Source: Antedon mediterranea (lineage: Eukaryota > Animalia > Echinodermata). Taken from it: 64,000 bases of DNA. Under the pieces are notes generated by a model. The model was not told the DNA's origin. It saw only the letters and a list, made by a program, of their open reading frames with translations, and did no database searches. Position numbers and translations under genes: made by a program. Of the stretch, positions 51,178-64,000 are shown in pieces; position 1 is the first letter of the stretch; every line of letters starts with the position of its first letter. The stretch spans positions 18,866,871 to 18,930,870 of the forward strand of contig NC_092676.1 in NCBI RefSeq assembly GCF_964355755.1. The letters are read 5' to 3'.

Positions 51178-52311
51178 TTATCCAGTTCAAGTTAGAAACG
51201 TATTCCATTCGGTGTCCGTTTTAGTTATTACAATGTAATATTATTTTTTAACAATAATCAGACTCAGGTCGTTGGTTATACCATCATCTTAGTCAGAATT
51301 AGTTAGATCGTCAGTAACTAATTGTGACGATCAATGAACTAGTCATAACTCAAAACAATTAATCTCAACCTTTGTAATCTGCCATGTTTTCTCGTGAACC
51401 AGTCATATTCTGGTTATTGTATTTTTCTTGTTTGTTAACGTCAGTCAGCTCAACGCCAACACCAGTTTCGTCGGGCTAACCTGGAATAGGGCGTCTTTTT
51501 GCCAGTTCCCTCCGTCATTTTTATTCGATCAAATGACTCAAACAACATCATATTTGTTATTAGATACTTTATTGTTTATAAGCATACACCACTTAAAGGC
51601 ACGTTTAAGGATTTCACACGAAAATGGTTCACATTATACATGTTTGTAGACACATGCGCAATCAATACAATATACATTTGCATAATTCTTATTTATATAG
51701 CTTAAGCATCTTTAAATATAAAATTGCATAACAATTTAAATTAGGCGACAAAACACAATAGTACAATAATAAGTTTAATATATAATCATATATAATATTT
51801 GGAATTTGATTAGTTATATAATACATTTTAGGTTTATGCTTAGTTTGAAATATGATAGTAGGCCTATTTATAATGTGTTGACTCCGCTAGTTTTAAAACC
51901 ATTAGGCTATACATAGTAGTTGGGTCAACGCCAAGAAAATACGCTTCTGCGTATGTTCAGAAAGCACATCAATTTCACGAAAAGTTGTCAATTTCAGTGT
52001 TTTTATTAGTAAATTTTATAAGGTAAATTAAGCTACATTGACCTATTTATCTTTCAATTTTTATCTGAAATGTTTATTGTACCTATTAGACTAGAACATG
52101 CAATTTATTGTAATAACATTGGATATACCACATATAGTAGAAACAGGAAAAATGTATATAATAGGCAATGTAAGTAACCAGGTTGAAAAAGAGGTAGCTG
52201 TATGTTACGTAAAAGTGTATACGAGTAACCAAATTGTTATAATTAATATTAAAAAAATTTTTAAAATACAATGCAGCAGAAGTGTTAGTTATTGGTAATG
52301 GGTTATCACTT

Positions 52312-55300
52312 TTAATGTTCGTTATCACTAAGGTTCTCCTCACTTGTTTTGGCCTTCAGTAAAACGACTTGGACTTCATTGATTTCTGCTTCACTGACGT
52401 CACCAGCTGCTGTTTCACCATCCGCCAAATGTACGATGTTGTCTATGAAGGAATGGGGACACAATGTTATTAGTCAATATTGAGGAAATCTTGTCAGTCG
52501 TAAGAGTTCTCAATCCTAACCTGCCTACTAGTTCAAATGTTCAGTCTGTTAGTCAGGAGTGTTTCCTGGTAAGTCGGGTGAATTGGTAGACAAGGCCTAT
52601 GTATTAAGGCCTAAAATTATCCGTCAGTTAGAAAGGGATTCCGTTCTGTGTCCGTTTTTTCCGTTACAATATCATGGTATTTAAAAAAAATAATAATCAG
52701 GCTCAATTTGTTTTGGTTATCCAATCATACTAGTCATAATTAGTTAGATCGTCAGCAAGTTAACCAGTTTTAACCGATCAGTTAACCAGTCCTAACAAAA
52801 CATCTTTAATCTGAACCTGTGTCTTCTGCTATGTTTTCTCGTGAGCCAGTCTTTTTCTGGTTATCTTGTTTTTCTTGTTTGTTAACTTCAGTAAGCTCAA
52901 CGTCACCAGCAGGTTCGTCGGGCGAACCTGAAATGTGAATTGAGTTTGATAAAAGAACATAATAGCAAATAAACAGAATATATGATAAATTACTTACTAA
53001 AACAAACTTTACTAAAAAGTAACTTACCAACTTCTTCTAGAGGTACTCTCCCAAATACCTATAACGACAATGATTTGTTAAATTTGTAACAACCAGTATG
53101 TTTACATCATCTTTATTACCATCACCAATATAGGCCTATAATCGTTGTTAGTCCTACATACGGCATAACTCGCAAAATATATGAATCGTCATTCTGGTTT
53201 TTTTATCGATACTAAAGCACTACACGACATATAACATATTATATAACACCTAAATATTCCTTTCATTGGACGATTGTGGGTCACATTGTGTGCAATAGTA
53301 CGCACTATTGAACGGTCGTTCAATAGTGAAGGTTATATTTCATCATTCAAATACTGCCATTATTTGTACCATTACACTCATGAACATTCATCATTTGTAT
53401 AATATAACTCACCAGACCCTGATGTGATAAAGACCTAAGTCGCATCAACCCTTGTCTTGTACTTCGACTCCTTGCCAACTCTATCTGTAAAATAATTGTA
53501 TAGTCTAATAATATAATCTGACAACGGAGGTTGTACTAGATTGAAATAAACAACCAAATTCGCAGTTCCTCACTTCAATCGGCAATCAATTCTAGAGTTT
53601 TGGACCAGCGACAGTGAACGGAAAGTGAGGCTCAGGTAAACGGAACATGTAGCCTAGCTAAGAGTCAGTAATGACAGTTGCATCGTCGAAATAGGCTTTA
53701 CTAGTTTAACAGAAGGTATTGGTTTCAGACGTCTTGTATACTTTACCTCTTTTGTGAAATAACAGTAGATTGAGATAAAGAATCCTTGTAAGGCAAACAG
53801 AACATAGAATAGTACTTGTAGTTCATAGGTTATGTGGCTGGTCATTCCAAACACCCATATCACACCAAGGTATGGAATCATAAACACCGACTCTACAACA
53901 CATCTCCTAACAAAGACAAATGGTTACACATAATTGAAGTGCTGTAATATTATCATTATTTAAAAAATTGTTTCTATGACGTGTACCAAGGAAGAATTGA
54001 TACCAGTCCTTCTCGCCTTTGATAACTAATAACAATAATATTAACAAACGTTGGTACGATTATTGTAGCATAACATTTACAGCTTGAAATATACAGCAGC
54101 AACAGGTTTCAGAATTATAGATGTGTGAAGTGTTCCATATTTCTAGATATAGTTATACTACAATACTAACAATTTTGTTTGTTTTTTTATTGTAAAGTGA
54201 AAAATTGTTTTTTTTTTGTATATATATTGTTTTACTAATTATGTATTTGTCTATATTATTTTATTGATGATGGGAGAAAGAGCAGTTACTCTGTTTGAAA
54301 GGAAAGAGAAATTTCTATCTTCTCTGGTTTGACATAACTATTACGGACTTTAAAGAAAAAACTTGTTGAGCCTAATTACCTCCGCCAGAATGATGAGAGG
54401 TTATGTGGTCGATCGAGTGTGTTTGTTTGTGTGTTTGTTTGTTTATATAATTAGCAAGATTACTCAAAAAGTTATTGCTCATTTTTATAAGATTTTAAAG
54501 GATGGTTTCTTAGCTGTATGGGAACACGTCAGTAAATGACTGGCAAAGGTTTGCGCTCTCTGAGTGTCCTTCTAGATAATCTTCAAACAATCTATACACA
54601 TTTTCGTTGACATTTTAAAATCTTGTATTAATAATCTTAATAATTTTTTACCGTATCTTCACGAAAACATTCTTGTATTTTACTGGCCTAGAATCTTCTT
54701 TGTATCCTCTCATGGCGACAAGCAATAAAATAGATTTGACCTATGCAATAAAATATATAAACTAGAATTTAATTCGTCACTTTGACGAATTATAGGTGAT
54801 CATATTTATCATTTTAATGAAATTATATAAATAAACCATAACGATGTATTTCAAAAGCAATGAGTGACCACCATCTTTTTTTCCTAATATTCATATAATT
54901 ATAGTATCATCGTTGGGTATTGTTATTCAGATTTTGATTAATATATTTATCAAATTGTAACAAATTGGCTAATTTCCAGAAAAATAATTATATTAAAACA
55001 ACATTGAAGTGGAATTGTTTAGATGATTGCCCTACTCTGTCGTAAATTTTACTGTGTACGTGTATAAACATTAAAAAATAACGATCATTTTAATTATCGA
55101 TGTCTTTTACTTTTAAAGAATATTTACGATATTTTACTGTGTTTTATTATATTGTATTACTTTCTTCTCTCCATCTGAATACATTTGAATATTAATAATA
55201 ATAATATAATTGAATAATTTGTGTGTAAAATTGATGGAATCATATGGCACGATTTAGAAAACCCTTCCCCATCCCTCAGTCTCAAATGGTTGGATATTGT

Positions 55301-58300
55301 TCTCTAAAATATTTAAATTATTGTCATAATGACCTATTCCGTTTTGCGGAACGGAAGACGGTGCCGCTCATTTCACAATGACGCGCCCGTTTACCGAGAA
55401 CAGCCGGGAATTCCCCTTTACCGTCGATAAAAAAGCTATTTAATCCATGGTATTACTTACCGTTAGGAAAAGAACAGCCGAAAATATAAATGCAGGCAAT
55501 ATGCCGCTATACGCAGTCAATAAACACCTGGCAAATACGATATAAAAAGCATGTTATTGTTTGTAAATAATAAAGATATTATAGAGTTTTTAAGCCATTA
55601 TTATCTATTTAGCCTATTTGTTGATTCATATGGCTGTATTGAAAGTGATACACGCAAACAGGAACAAGATAAAGTACTGTGATGGCGCCATTTCAACTCT
55701 TTGTTTGTTTCAAGTAGAAATAGCATGCAAGCATCCAATGTTAACTGTTGGTACCGATGGACCAGTTTACGTTATGTACTTGTTAGCAGGTCATCATGTT
55801 GTAATTCAATTGTGAATTAAGTTAACTTGTTGCCATTTATATCACTGATCGGCATAATAGTAAGGGCGCACTTTTTGAACAATGTTAAATAGTATTCTGA
55901 TTTTAAGAATCAGCCTAAAGACATTTAGCTTATTATGTGAAATAAGATATGGTAATTTAAAGTGCTTAACAAAATATGTTTCATGTAAATTAATGAATTA
56001 TTATTACCTGTCATGCTTGCCGTAACCCCTATGTACCCCGACAAAAATACCAACTAGGGCAGCGGGTAGCGCCCAGCCAAACGCACTATAATACCGTTTA
56101 TTTGTATAGCCTTCCTCGATAGTTTTACCCATGATTTTTAAATAATAGTGTGCCCCTTCTGCCGCAAACCAAGCTAACGTTGCAGTATAGAAGAAATGCA
56201 TCACTATCCCACTGACTGTACACGGTATCTGTTGAATGATTGATATTACATAAGTTACAATATAATACAATGTTGTGTAGGATGTGTGCTCCTTTAGAAT
56301 CATTTCAATCTATCTCATTAAGGTCGAGGTAAGGTGAAAAATCACCCACCCTTTTCACCCTCACACGGAAAATTAAGATGACTTTTTTATACTACCTGCC
56401 AAATAATAAATATTACACTGCTGAAGACGAGTCGGCAATCGATCGTGGAGCTCTTGCCTAAGGGCCAATTTACACAGACGAACGGTAACGGTGAGCGGAA
56501 AACCGCGTAGCTGGTCCCACGTATAATCTGTATCTGCCGTGAGCGGGAACCGCCCATCCGCTCCGCGTTGTGTGTAAATGGTCAAGGAAATAACAGATTA
56601 TATAATTGTATTACCGTTACCCTCGTCTGTGTAAATTGGCCTTAGCGCAGACGGTCCAACAATTACAATAAAATAACGTTAAAACGTCGTCATTGCATTC
56701 ATTCAAAAAGTCTTTGATTTAATATTTAATTAATGAGCTTAGTTCCTTTGGAGGAAGTTAAAAAAATAACCAATTTCTTACAATGAATCTTGAGAATTCA
56801 ATACTACAAACAAGTGTTGCTGTTGTTGCAATAGATGCTGCCAACAAGTTCAACAGAGTGAATACATAATCATAATCCTTCACAAGATGCCTATTAAAAA
56901 AAACAATGTATAGCGTCAGAAGACATTAAAAAAACAATGTATAGCGTCAGAAGACATAAACAAGCACCTATATTAAGCTTGGTTCCCAAACTACGTCATG
57001 GTGTTATGTGCATGTGGGAATACGGTATTGTGACGTGTGTCTAGCTTTAGGTCGTCGATCGTCGCAAATCGAAAGCTCCCGAGAGCTTGGTACCCATTAG
57101 GACGCAATGCAAGGATATAACGCAGCGCAAGCGTGTTGACAAATGACAAGCGACATTTTGAATAATCCATCACTTGTGATTGGTCAACTCACTTACGTTG
57201 CGTCGAAATGGGAACCAAGCTTTCGGTTTGCGAGCCGATGACCAAGCAATACAGTATTCCCGCATGCACATAATAACATGACGTAGTTTGGTCGTTGGTC
57301 GTCGCAAATCGAAAGCTCACGAAAGTGAGTTGACCAATCGTAAGACTTGGTTGCCAATAGAACGTAACGCAAGGACGTAAGCGCAATGTGAGCAATTTGA
57401 TCAATGACAAGCGATGGGTTATTTTGAACTATCAGGGTTGGTCAACTCGCTTGCGTTGCTCTTACGTCATTGCGTTGCGTCATAGTGAGAACCAAGCTTA
57501 AGCGATGGATTATTCAAACTGTCGCTTGTCATTGGTCAACTCGCTTCTATAGTATCTATAGTTTTGTTTTCCGCTTACCGCAGGCCTACCATTACTGTTA
57601 CCATAAAGCGTGGTTCCCACTAGCGACGCAACACAAGGACGTAACGCAACGCAAGTGAATTGACCAATCACAAGCCATGGCTTAATCGCTTGTGATTGCT
57701 AACTGTCTATAACTTCGCTTGTCATTGGTTAAAACGCTTGCGTTGCGTTTACGTCCTTGCGTTACGTTCTAGTGGGAACCAAGCTTTACTGTTACCGCTC
57801 GTATGCGTATAGGCCAATTTACACAGACGAGCGGTAACTGTAATATAAAAATGGAATCTATATTATTCCTTATGACCATTTACAGACAACGCGGACGAAA
57901 TTGTAAATATAAATAGTTGGGATTAAAGCACAGTGTTAGTTCAATTAGATGTTCTCATGAATAATTGTCAACCATATTTGGTATAATCTTACCTTAGTTT
58001 AACTATGTGCCAGATGACAATGGATTGAACAATTATCGATATCAAACAGGCGGCGTACGTTGGTACTCGTATGCCTATTGCTTTCTTTCCAAGTGGCTAA
58101 TAAAATAATAAAACGTGAGGAATTGTAATGACAGTTTTACACAGGACATATTCTAATGTTATTAAAGCTGCGTTCACAGGTATATCGGAATCCGGTCCGG
58201 TGTCGCCGGATACAAAATCGTGATTGTTTAAGAATTGATCCGTCCACACTAACGCATTCTGGATTCCGTACAAAACGTATAGAGTGCTCTGAATTTTCTG

Positions 58301-61300
58301 CGGCCACCGGTCCGAACCCAGGTTCAGAATGGGCTTAAATCATAGATTTTCCTACTTTGCCTTTTAGTGAACCATTTATATTGTTGAATATATTTATATT
58401 ATTTTGAAATGTTTGTACATTTGTTTAGGAGTTGCTGTCAAATTACAATAATTCTTTGATATAGTGTATATGTATTATTAACTTCTAAAATCAGTACTTT
58501 GATACTACCAGTGTTAAATAACGTAAAACATAGAGATTGATATAGGCCTTAGTTGATTGATTTAAAAGTATGCTATTTCGAAATAAAAATCTGTAGCCAA
58601 AAAAAAAAATAATGCTCCGGGCTCCTCTTGCAAAACTTACATCGTACTTTTCCATCGGTGCGATGATAGCGAAACTAGTCGTGTGATTACAATTACAGGT
58701 AATGTAGGACGATGAACTATCGCCAAAATCTCGCTTACACCCCCATGTTGACCACCTTCTGTTAATCATTAAAAACACAGACTTAAAAGAATAGGAAAAA
58801 ATGTACATAATACATTACTTTTAGTGTGTAGTTATAAGTGAAAATCCACATTTTCGTATTTCTTATTATCTCACTGTTGAGTACATGGATGACTCATAAT
58901 TCTTTTAAAGGAAAGTCATTTTTTAAATAACTTAAAAATTAGAAGTAACCAATTAAGACAGAGAAGTACATTTACGCAATGGGGCAGCAATATGTTTTTC
59001 ACATTATTTGAATTTTCGTTTTCAAAAACACTATAACAATTATATAACGACGCTACTTGCTACTGTACAATTCGTGGACGAAATCAACTGGTCCTAGCCA
59101 GTCGCTCAAATATCACATGCGCGTAATACAAAAAAAAATACACTTTACCTTGCACTGCTGTCCCAAAACACACATAAAGCGTTTTTCCTGACAAAATCTG
59201 CGTTTCCATTTTGTTCATTGAGAGACTAAAATATTTAAAAAAAATCATTGTCTCAATTTTTAACCTTTATAAATAGAATAGGCCTATGTTTAGCCTTTGG
59301 CTATTTTTTGTATTTAAAACTTGAATAAATTAAAATGAAAGTACAGTACGGACTACGAATTATTTTCAAATTATAAAGATTCAGTGTTAATGTTATTAGT
59401 GCTAGGATTTGAATTTACTACTTTTCAGTCTGTCTTTCAAGTAACCGGTTTCAGCTTAAACATGTTCTTTGTTTAATTATGTTATGTATTACATTCCATA
59501 TTTTTAATATTTTAAAGTTAATATTTTAAAGATTTATTGTCACCCTGAAAAAAAAAATGTTCTCAAAATTGTTGGTTGAATATTCCATTTTAATGTAACA
59601 TAATAGCTACCTAGTAACATTTTGACCAAAAACTGGATGAAAAAACCAAAAATATTTACCTGAAAAACTGAAATTTAAAGCAAAAAAATAGTTGAATTGG
59701 CTGCCAATGAGTTTTTGGTTGAATTTAACTGTTTATTTGTTATTTATGGGTGAAACACTTTATTGAAACGACAAAATAACCTATTCAAAGTCTGATTCAA
59801 TTAATCTTAATTTTTTATTTTTTTTATTGTTTTATCTTTAAGTGTTTTATTTATTACATATTCTTAATATTTTAAATTTAAGGTTTTAAGTGTTCTTGTA
59901 AACGCAGGGTACACTTATGTTGAACCGTAAGCATAATACGTGTAAACGTTGTATTTACTGTAATAGCTAATGTAGAGAGATACATTCCTCTAATGCAGAG
60001 AGATACATCGCTTTAAACCGTACATAATGCTTTGTTACTCACCTGCTCAAGCTTTATGGAGAAAGTGACCTCAGCTGAACGGACAGTATGATTTTGATAA
60101 ACAGAACATGTCAACACGTCACTAACTAACTCGTAGTTTACGATATGATCATTACTGAATGAATACATAATATTTTAGCACAAACATCGTACTCAAAATG
60201 AGAAACAATTGTACGTATCATGGTTATAATTATGAAGAAAAACAAAAGAAAACAAATGCTCTCTCAGAATACCGACCTTATATTTCCACGACGCGCACGA
60301 CCGCGCAGCTGTCGAGTCGAAAAGTCATTATTAGAGATAATTTGCAGAATAACTTCTAGACTCAATAGCTGTGTAGTCGCGTGGCGCCAATGGGAAAAAC
60401 TACAGTTACAGCCATCACAAAAATGATACCCTTATACATTGATAATTATTTTGATAATTTATATTATTAACAATAAAATTAAATAAAAATAGTTGGTGAT
60501 AAAGATATGTTTAATTTGATTATGAGGTTGATGATGACGTTGATTATGATGATTACGACAACAACGACGATGATGATAATGAAGATGAAAATTATACAGT
60601 TTGGATGATACAGTACAGACAATGGTACTGATGAAACACATACATTATACATCTCATTATGGACATGCGAGATTCACATAAAATCGATAACAGCCCTAAT
60701 TATTTGTTTTATTGAAATAGAAATTCACTAAATGTAACTTCAAGCTAACGGTCTTACTACGCATGCGTGTTTTGCTCGAGCTTCAAAAAGTCACGTACTA
60801 AAACTACTTAATTATGTACGCGCGTGTTCTGATGTATCTTAACATAAATGCTGGTTTATATAACTCAGCGAGGCAATTTATTCCAACGACCGAGGATTCT
60901 TCTTTATCATCATCGCAAGTAGAACAATATTACCGTGACACTCTATGGCAAATTGAGAGGGCTGGGTTTGAGAGGTGGTTTGAGAGGTGGGTTGGGCTGG
61001 CACGGATACATAGTCAGCGCTGGGTTTAAGTACCATGGACATTTTTTTAAAACACCACGAGAACATAAACAATACAACATAAATATAAAGAAACATGGCA
61101 AAACAAAAATATTTACAAAAACAGTGTAGATTGTGGCACATATAGGCCATCGTAATATTATTATATTTTTGTTCATTTAATGCTGTCAACTACACCGGAT
61201 GCATGCTTTAAAAGCATATAAACAAAACCATACGTTTTTACCTGTGTTCATCATCACTGTTTCGTTGGATTGAACGGTAACCCTGTATTTCTGACGGTCG

Positions 61301-61326
61301 ATTTAATGTCGCGACAACATCAGCAT
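52312..61326 (-). CDS. Adhesion GPCR (GAIN/GPS plus secretin-family 7TM; latrophilin/ADGRD-like), 5' end unresolved
   Basis: Phase-consistent exons (minus): 61326-61242, 60154-60043, 59225-59149, 58758-58641, 58096-57993, 56890-56782, 56228-56008, 55527-55461, 54740-54652, 53906-53747, 53484-53413, 53058-53028, 52927-52817, 52442-52312. GPS: CVFWD..RWSTWGC..ITCNCNHTTSFAII; TM3 HFFYTATLAWFAAEG; GWALP; LGVIWVFG; LQGFFI. The last exons are less certain (an alternative stop at 52806 is possible). Confidence 0.85.
54376..54575 (+). mobile_element. Helentron/HINE-like non-autonomous element
   Basis: TTACCTCCGCCA..GAGGTTATGT, (GTTT)n microsatellite, 3' TGGCAAAGGTTTGCGCTCTCTGAGTGTCCTTCTAG. Confidence 0.6.
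56462..56642. mobile_element. MITE family B copy
   Basis: GGCCAATTTACACAGACG ... CGTCTGTGTAAATTGGCC. Confidence 0.8.
57607..57785. mobile_element. MITE family A copy nested in a family B remnant
   Basis: Full TIRs; flanks TTTCCGCTTACCG..TTACTGTTACC and CTGTTACCGCTCGT belong to family B. Confidence 0.8.
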
Positions 61327-61769
61327 CTATTATCATAAAGGAAATGAACAAAATGATATGTTATGGTTGACATATAAAGTATATAAGATTCTCGTTTCGT
61401 ATAATTTCATCTAACCAAATAACATACAGCTATTGATTTCACGTCGTTAGTTTGTAAGTATATGTCGTGGGGTTAGTGGCGCGTAATTAACGAACGTCAG
61501 TTGGCAGGCGACAACCATTTGACAAACGTATTATGAGATGAATTCCATACCTTTGGAGAGAGAAGACATTACTTTGTCTACCCATTCATGAGGCAATTTA
61601 TTCGTTTTATCTAATTACTTGTATCAACATAATAATATTGAATCTATAGGTACAATACAACGCTCATCCATTAACAGTAGTTTCTTTGCTCACTCATTAT
61701 CTGCTTTCATTCCGGTATTTCCTTCGTTTGCCATGAAATCCAGTAATGCAACCGTTCAATCATAGAAGA

Positions 61770-62355
61770 GGTGTAACACCAAACCAATAACAAACCATAC
61801 TTCCATCAAATCAACCAACTAACCAATCAGCCATCAAACTGTACAGTCAACTAACCAAAAAACTAACCAACCGGACAACCAACCAACAACTATAATTCTT
61901 CCATTATATAACCAACCAACCAACAACCAACCAACCCTTCTCATACAACTAACAAAACAACTAGCTATACAATCATACAACTAACCAACCAACTAACCAG
62001 ACAACCACAATTCTTTCTTGATACAACTAACCAACCATACAACTAACCAAACAACTAGCTATACAACCAGACAACCAACCATTTACAACCACAATTCTTC
62101 CTTGATACAACCAACCAACCATTCAACTAACCAAACAACTAGCTATACAACCAGACAACCAACCATTTACAACCACAATTCTTCCTTGATACAACCAACC
62201 AACCATTCAACTAACCAAACAACTAGCTATACAACCAGACAACCAAGCAACCAACCATACAACCACAATTCTTCCTTGATACAACCAACCAACCGACCAA
62301 ACAAATATACAACCAACCAAACACACATACAACTATTACAACCACAACCAACTAA
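61770..62355. repeat. AC-rich tandem repeat with an 84-bp unit, degenerating into (ACCA)n
   Basis: Repeated CAACCACAATTCTTCCTTGATACAACCAACCAACCATTCAACTAACCAAACAACTAGCTATACAACCAGAC; explains ORF 62018-62416. Confidence 0.85.
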
Positions 62356-63284
62356 AACTTGTCAGTCAGGTGGTCAGTTGGTCAGGTGGGCAGTCAGTCG
62401 AGAAGGCGGTCAGTAGTCTAGTCGATATAAAGGCGGTCAGAGTATGTTCATTCGTTTATCCATGGTTCAATTCACCTAGCCTATTCCTATGCATTGCGAA
62501 TTAAATCACATTATTCGCAATTTTCATTGATTTATCTCCATACCGCCGACAAAAACCTCCAATGAAAAAAAAAATTATAATGTACAACGTAGGCATATTT
62601 ATAATAGTTTGCCGAGACATTTTCACAATGAAAAATTGTGATGTAATTAAATATAAAATAAATATATTAATGCAATTTATTAGTAAACTACTTCCTCCCC
62701 AGAGATGCTATAAATTGAATTTATTTTTATTGCATGCAAACATGAATAATGTATGCGATTCTATGAAGCTAAATTTTTTTAAACTTTTCAGCATTTTTTG
62801 TGATAATAATATAATGCTGTGAATAATAATAAGACTGTATTGTTTAGGTTGCAATATTACTATGTATATATAATGTGATTATAATGTTTTAACCCTCACC
62901 TATCATGCAAGGCGTGCCTACAAAAGTAAAGTTTGGTTTCCACAAGGGACGTAACACATCAACGTAGCGCAACGTAAGAGATTTGACCAATCACAAGCGA
63001 TGGATTTATTCCACTGTCGCTTGTTATTGGTCAACTCGTTTGCGTTGCGTCTACGTCCTTGCGTTGCGTCCTTGTGGGAACCAAGCTTAAAGGGCTTAAC
63101 ACTGAATCACACTAAAATAGGATTTTCTCCCATTTAGTGATGCGTTTTGAAGATCGTAAAAGTTCGTAGTACAAAAAGATCATTTTCACTATTCAAAACT
63201 CTTATTCTAAAACCATATACGCACTTGAGGGTATTCTCCTCGTGGCAAATATGTTACTACTGTAGCAACACTACGGTGCAACAG

Positions 63285-63598
63285 TATACAAATAATTAAT
63301 GTTTATGAGTGCAATGGTACAAATAATGGCACGAGGTGAATGATGAAAGGTTATATCAACGAGGCAAAGCCGAGTTGATATAACCTTTCATCATTCACCA
63401 AGTGCCATTATTTGTACCATTACACGAATACAAAACATTCATTATTTGTTTTATGTAACATCTAGACGTTTTTTTTTCGTACACAAAAATGTTTCAAAAA
63501 GTACTATTTAACGATCGTTGAATAGTGCGTACTATTGCACGCCATGTGACCCACATTCGTCCAATCAAATGACAGGAATTTATATAGGTGTTATATAA
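63285..63598 (-). mobile_element. Interspersed element with long internal palindrome; internally deleted copy at ~53200-53405 (plus)
   Basis: AATGGTACAAATAATGGCAC..GGTTATATCAAC-GAGGCAAAGCCGA-GTTGATATAACC..GTGCCATTATTTGTACCATT; shares TATATAACACCTA..ATTGGACGA..GTGGGTCACA with the 53.2 kb copy. Confidence 0.6.
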
Positions 63599-63601
63599 TA
63601 A

Positions 63602-63792
63602 AGGATCTTTCACACCTGTTCCGGTACGGTTCCGGTCCGGCGACGGCAAATCCAATCGAACGTCAATGTTTTGTTTTTACGCGGCTACGCGCATATCAAT
63701 TGGTGCTTGGCCGCGTGGAGCGTCGTGAAAACGAAACATTGGCGTTCGATTCGCCGGACCGGAACCGTGCCGGAACAGGTGTGAAAGGCCCT
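63602..63792. mobile_element. GC-rich palindromic MITE with T(A/T)A flanks, Harbinger-like
   Basis: CTTTCACACCTGTTCCGG..CGGTTCCGGTCCGGCGA ... TCGCCGGACCGGAACCG..CCGGAACAGGTGTGAAAG. Confidence 0.75.
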
Positions 63793-64000
63793 TTAGTGAT
63801 GAGTTGTTATAGCAATTCTTATTGTTAGAATATGTTCTGTAATTAAAAAAAAATCAATTGCTTTACTGTTGACTACCTTTCTCCCACATTCATTACGGGT
63901 TGTCCCCTGCCCTGACAATACCCCTTTTTCAAATATGATGTATATAAAACAGTGGTAACAACAAAACATTATACGATGTATACTTAGTTCTATACCGATC

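Noticed and set aside
62018-62416. Thr/Asn-rich mucin-like ORF, tempting as an adhesion-GPCR stalk
   Set aside because: On the opposite strand to the receptor, starts at TTG, and is an AC-rich tandem repeat.
61550-63915. Possible further 5' micro-exons of the adhesion GPCR (~61551-61577, ~62900-62917, ~63877-63911)
   Set aside because: AG/GT-bounded but too short to verify by homology; left out of the gene model.

Overview
AT-rich, intron-rich animal genomic DNA with no prokaryotic features. An invertebrate deuterostome, probably an echinoderm, is my inference from the Deu/Nin-type SINE and the NQSLID-type rhodopsin GPCR cluster. Most ORFs in the supplied track are repeat artefacts, so I assembled the real genes by hand from GT-AG exons with consistent reading phases. 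Genes: (1) RP2/XRP2, 9 coding exons, minus strand; (2) SPRYD3, 8 coding exons, plus strand, head-to-head with RP2; (3) a small secreted beta-microseminoprotein (PSP94)-like gene, 3 coding exons, minus strand, of which the ORF track shows only the last exon; (4) three tandem intronless class A GPCRs, the middle one frameshifted; (5) an adhesion GPCR (GPS + 7TM) whose 5' end is unresolved or outside the window. The rest is dense with mobile DNA: an Academ-like element holding a minisatellite, a 5'-truncated CR1-group LINE with an open RT frame, SINEs, Harbinger- and Kolobok-like MITEs, and a Penelope-like fragment with a minimal hammerhead ribozyme. Highlights: a 971-bp IS3EU-like foldback element with 26 phased 21-bp repeats, nearly all carrying CCAAT, sitting 38 bp upstream of the RP2 ATG; paired loss of one disulfide in the PSP94-like protein; and strong enrichment of the TAGGCCTA and TAC(A/T)GTA words. 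All family assignments come from recalled motifs, not database searches.
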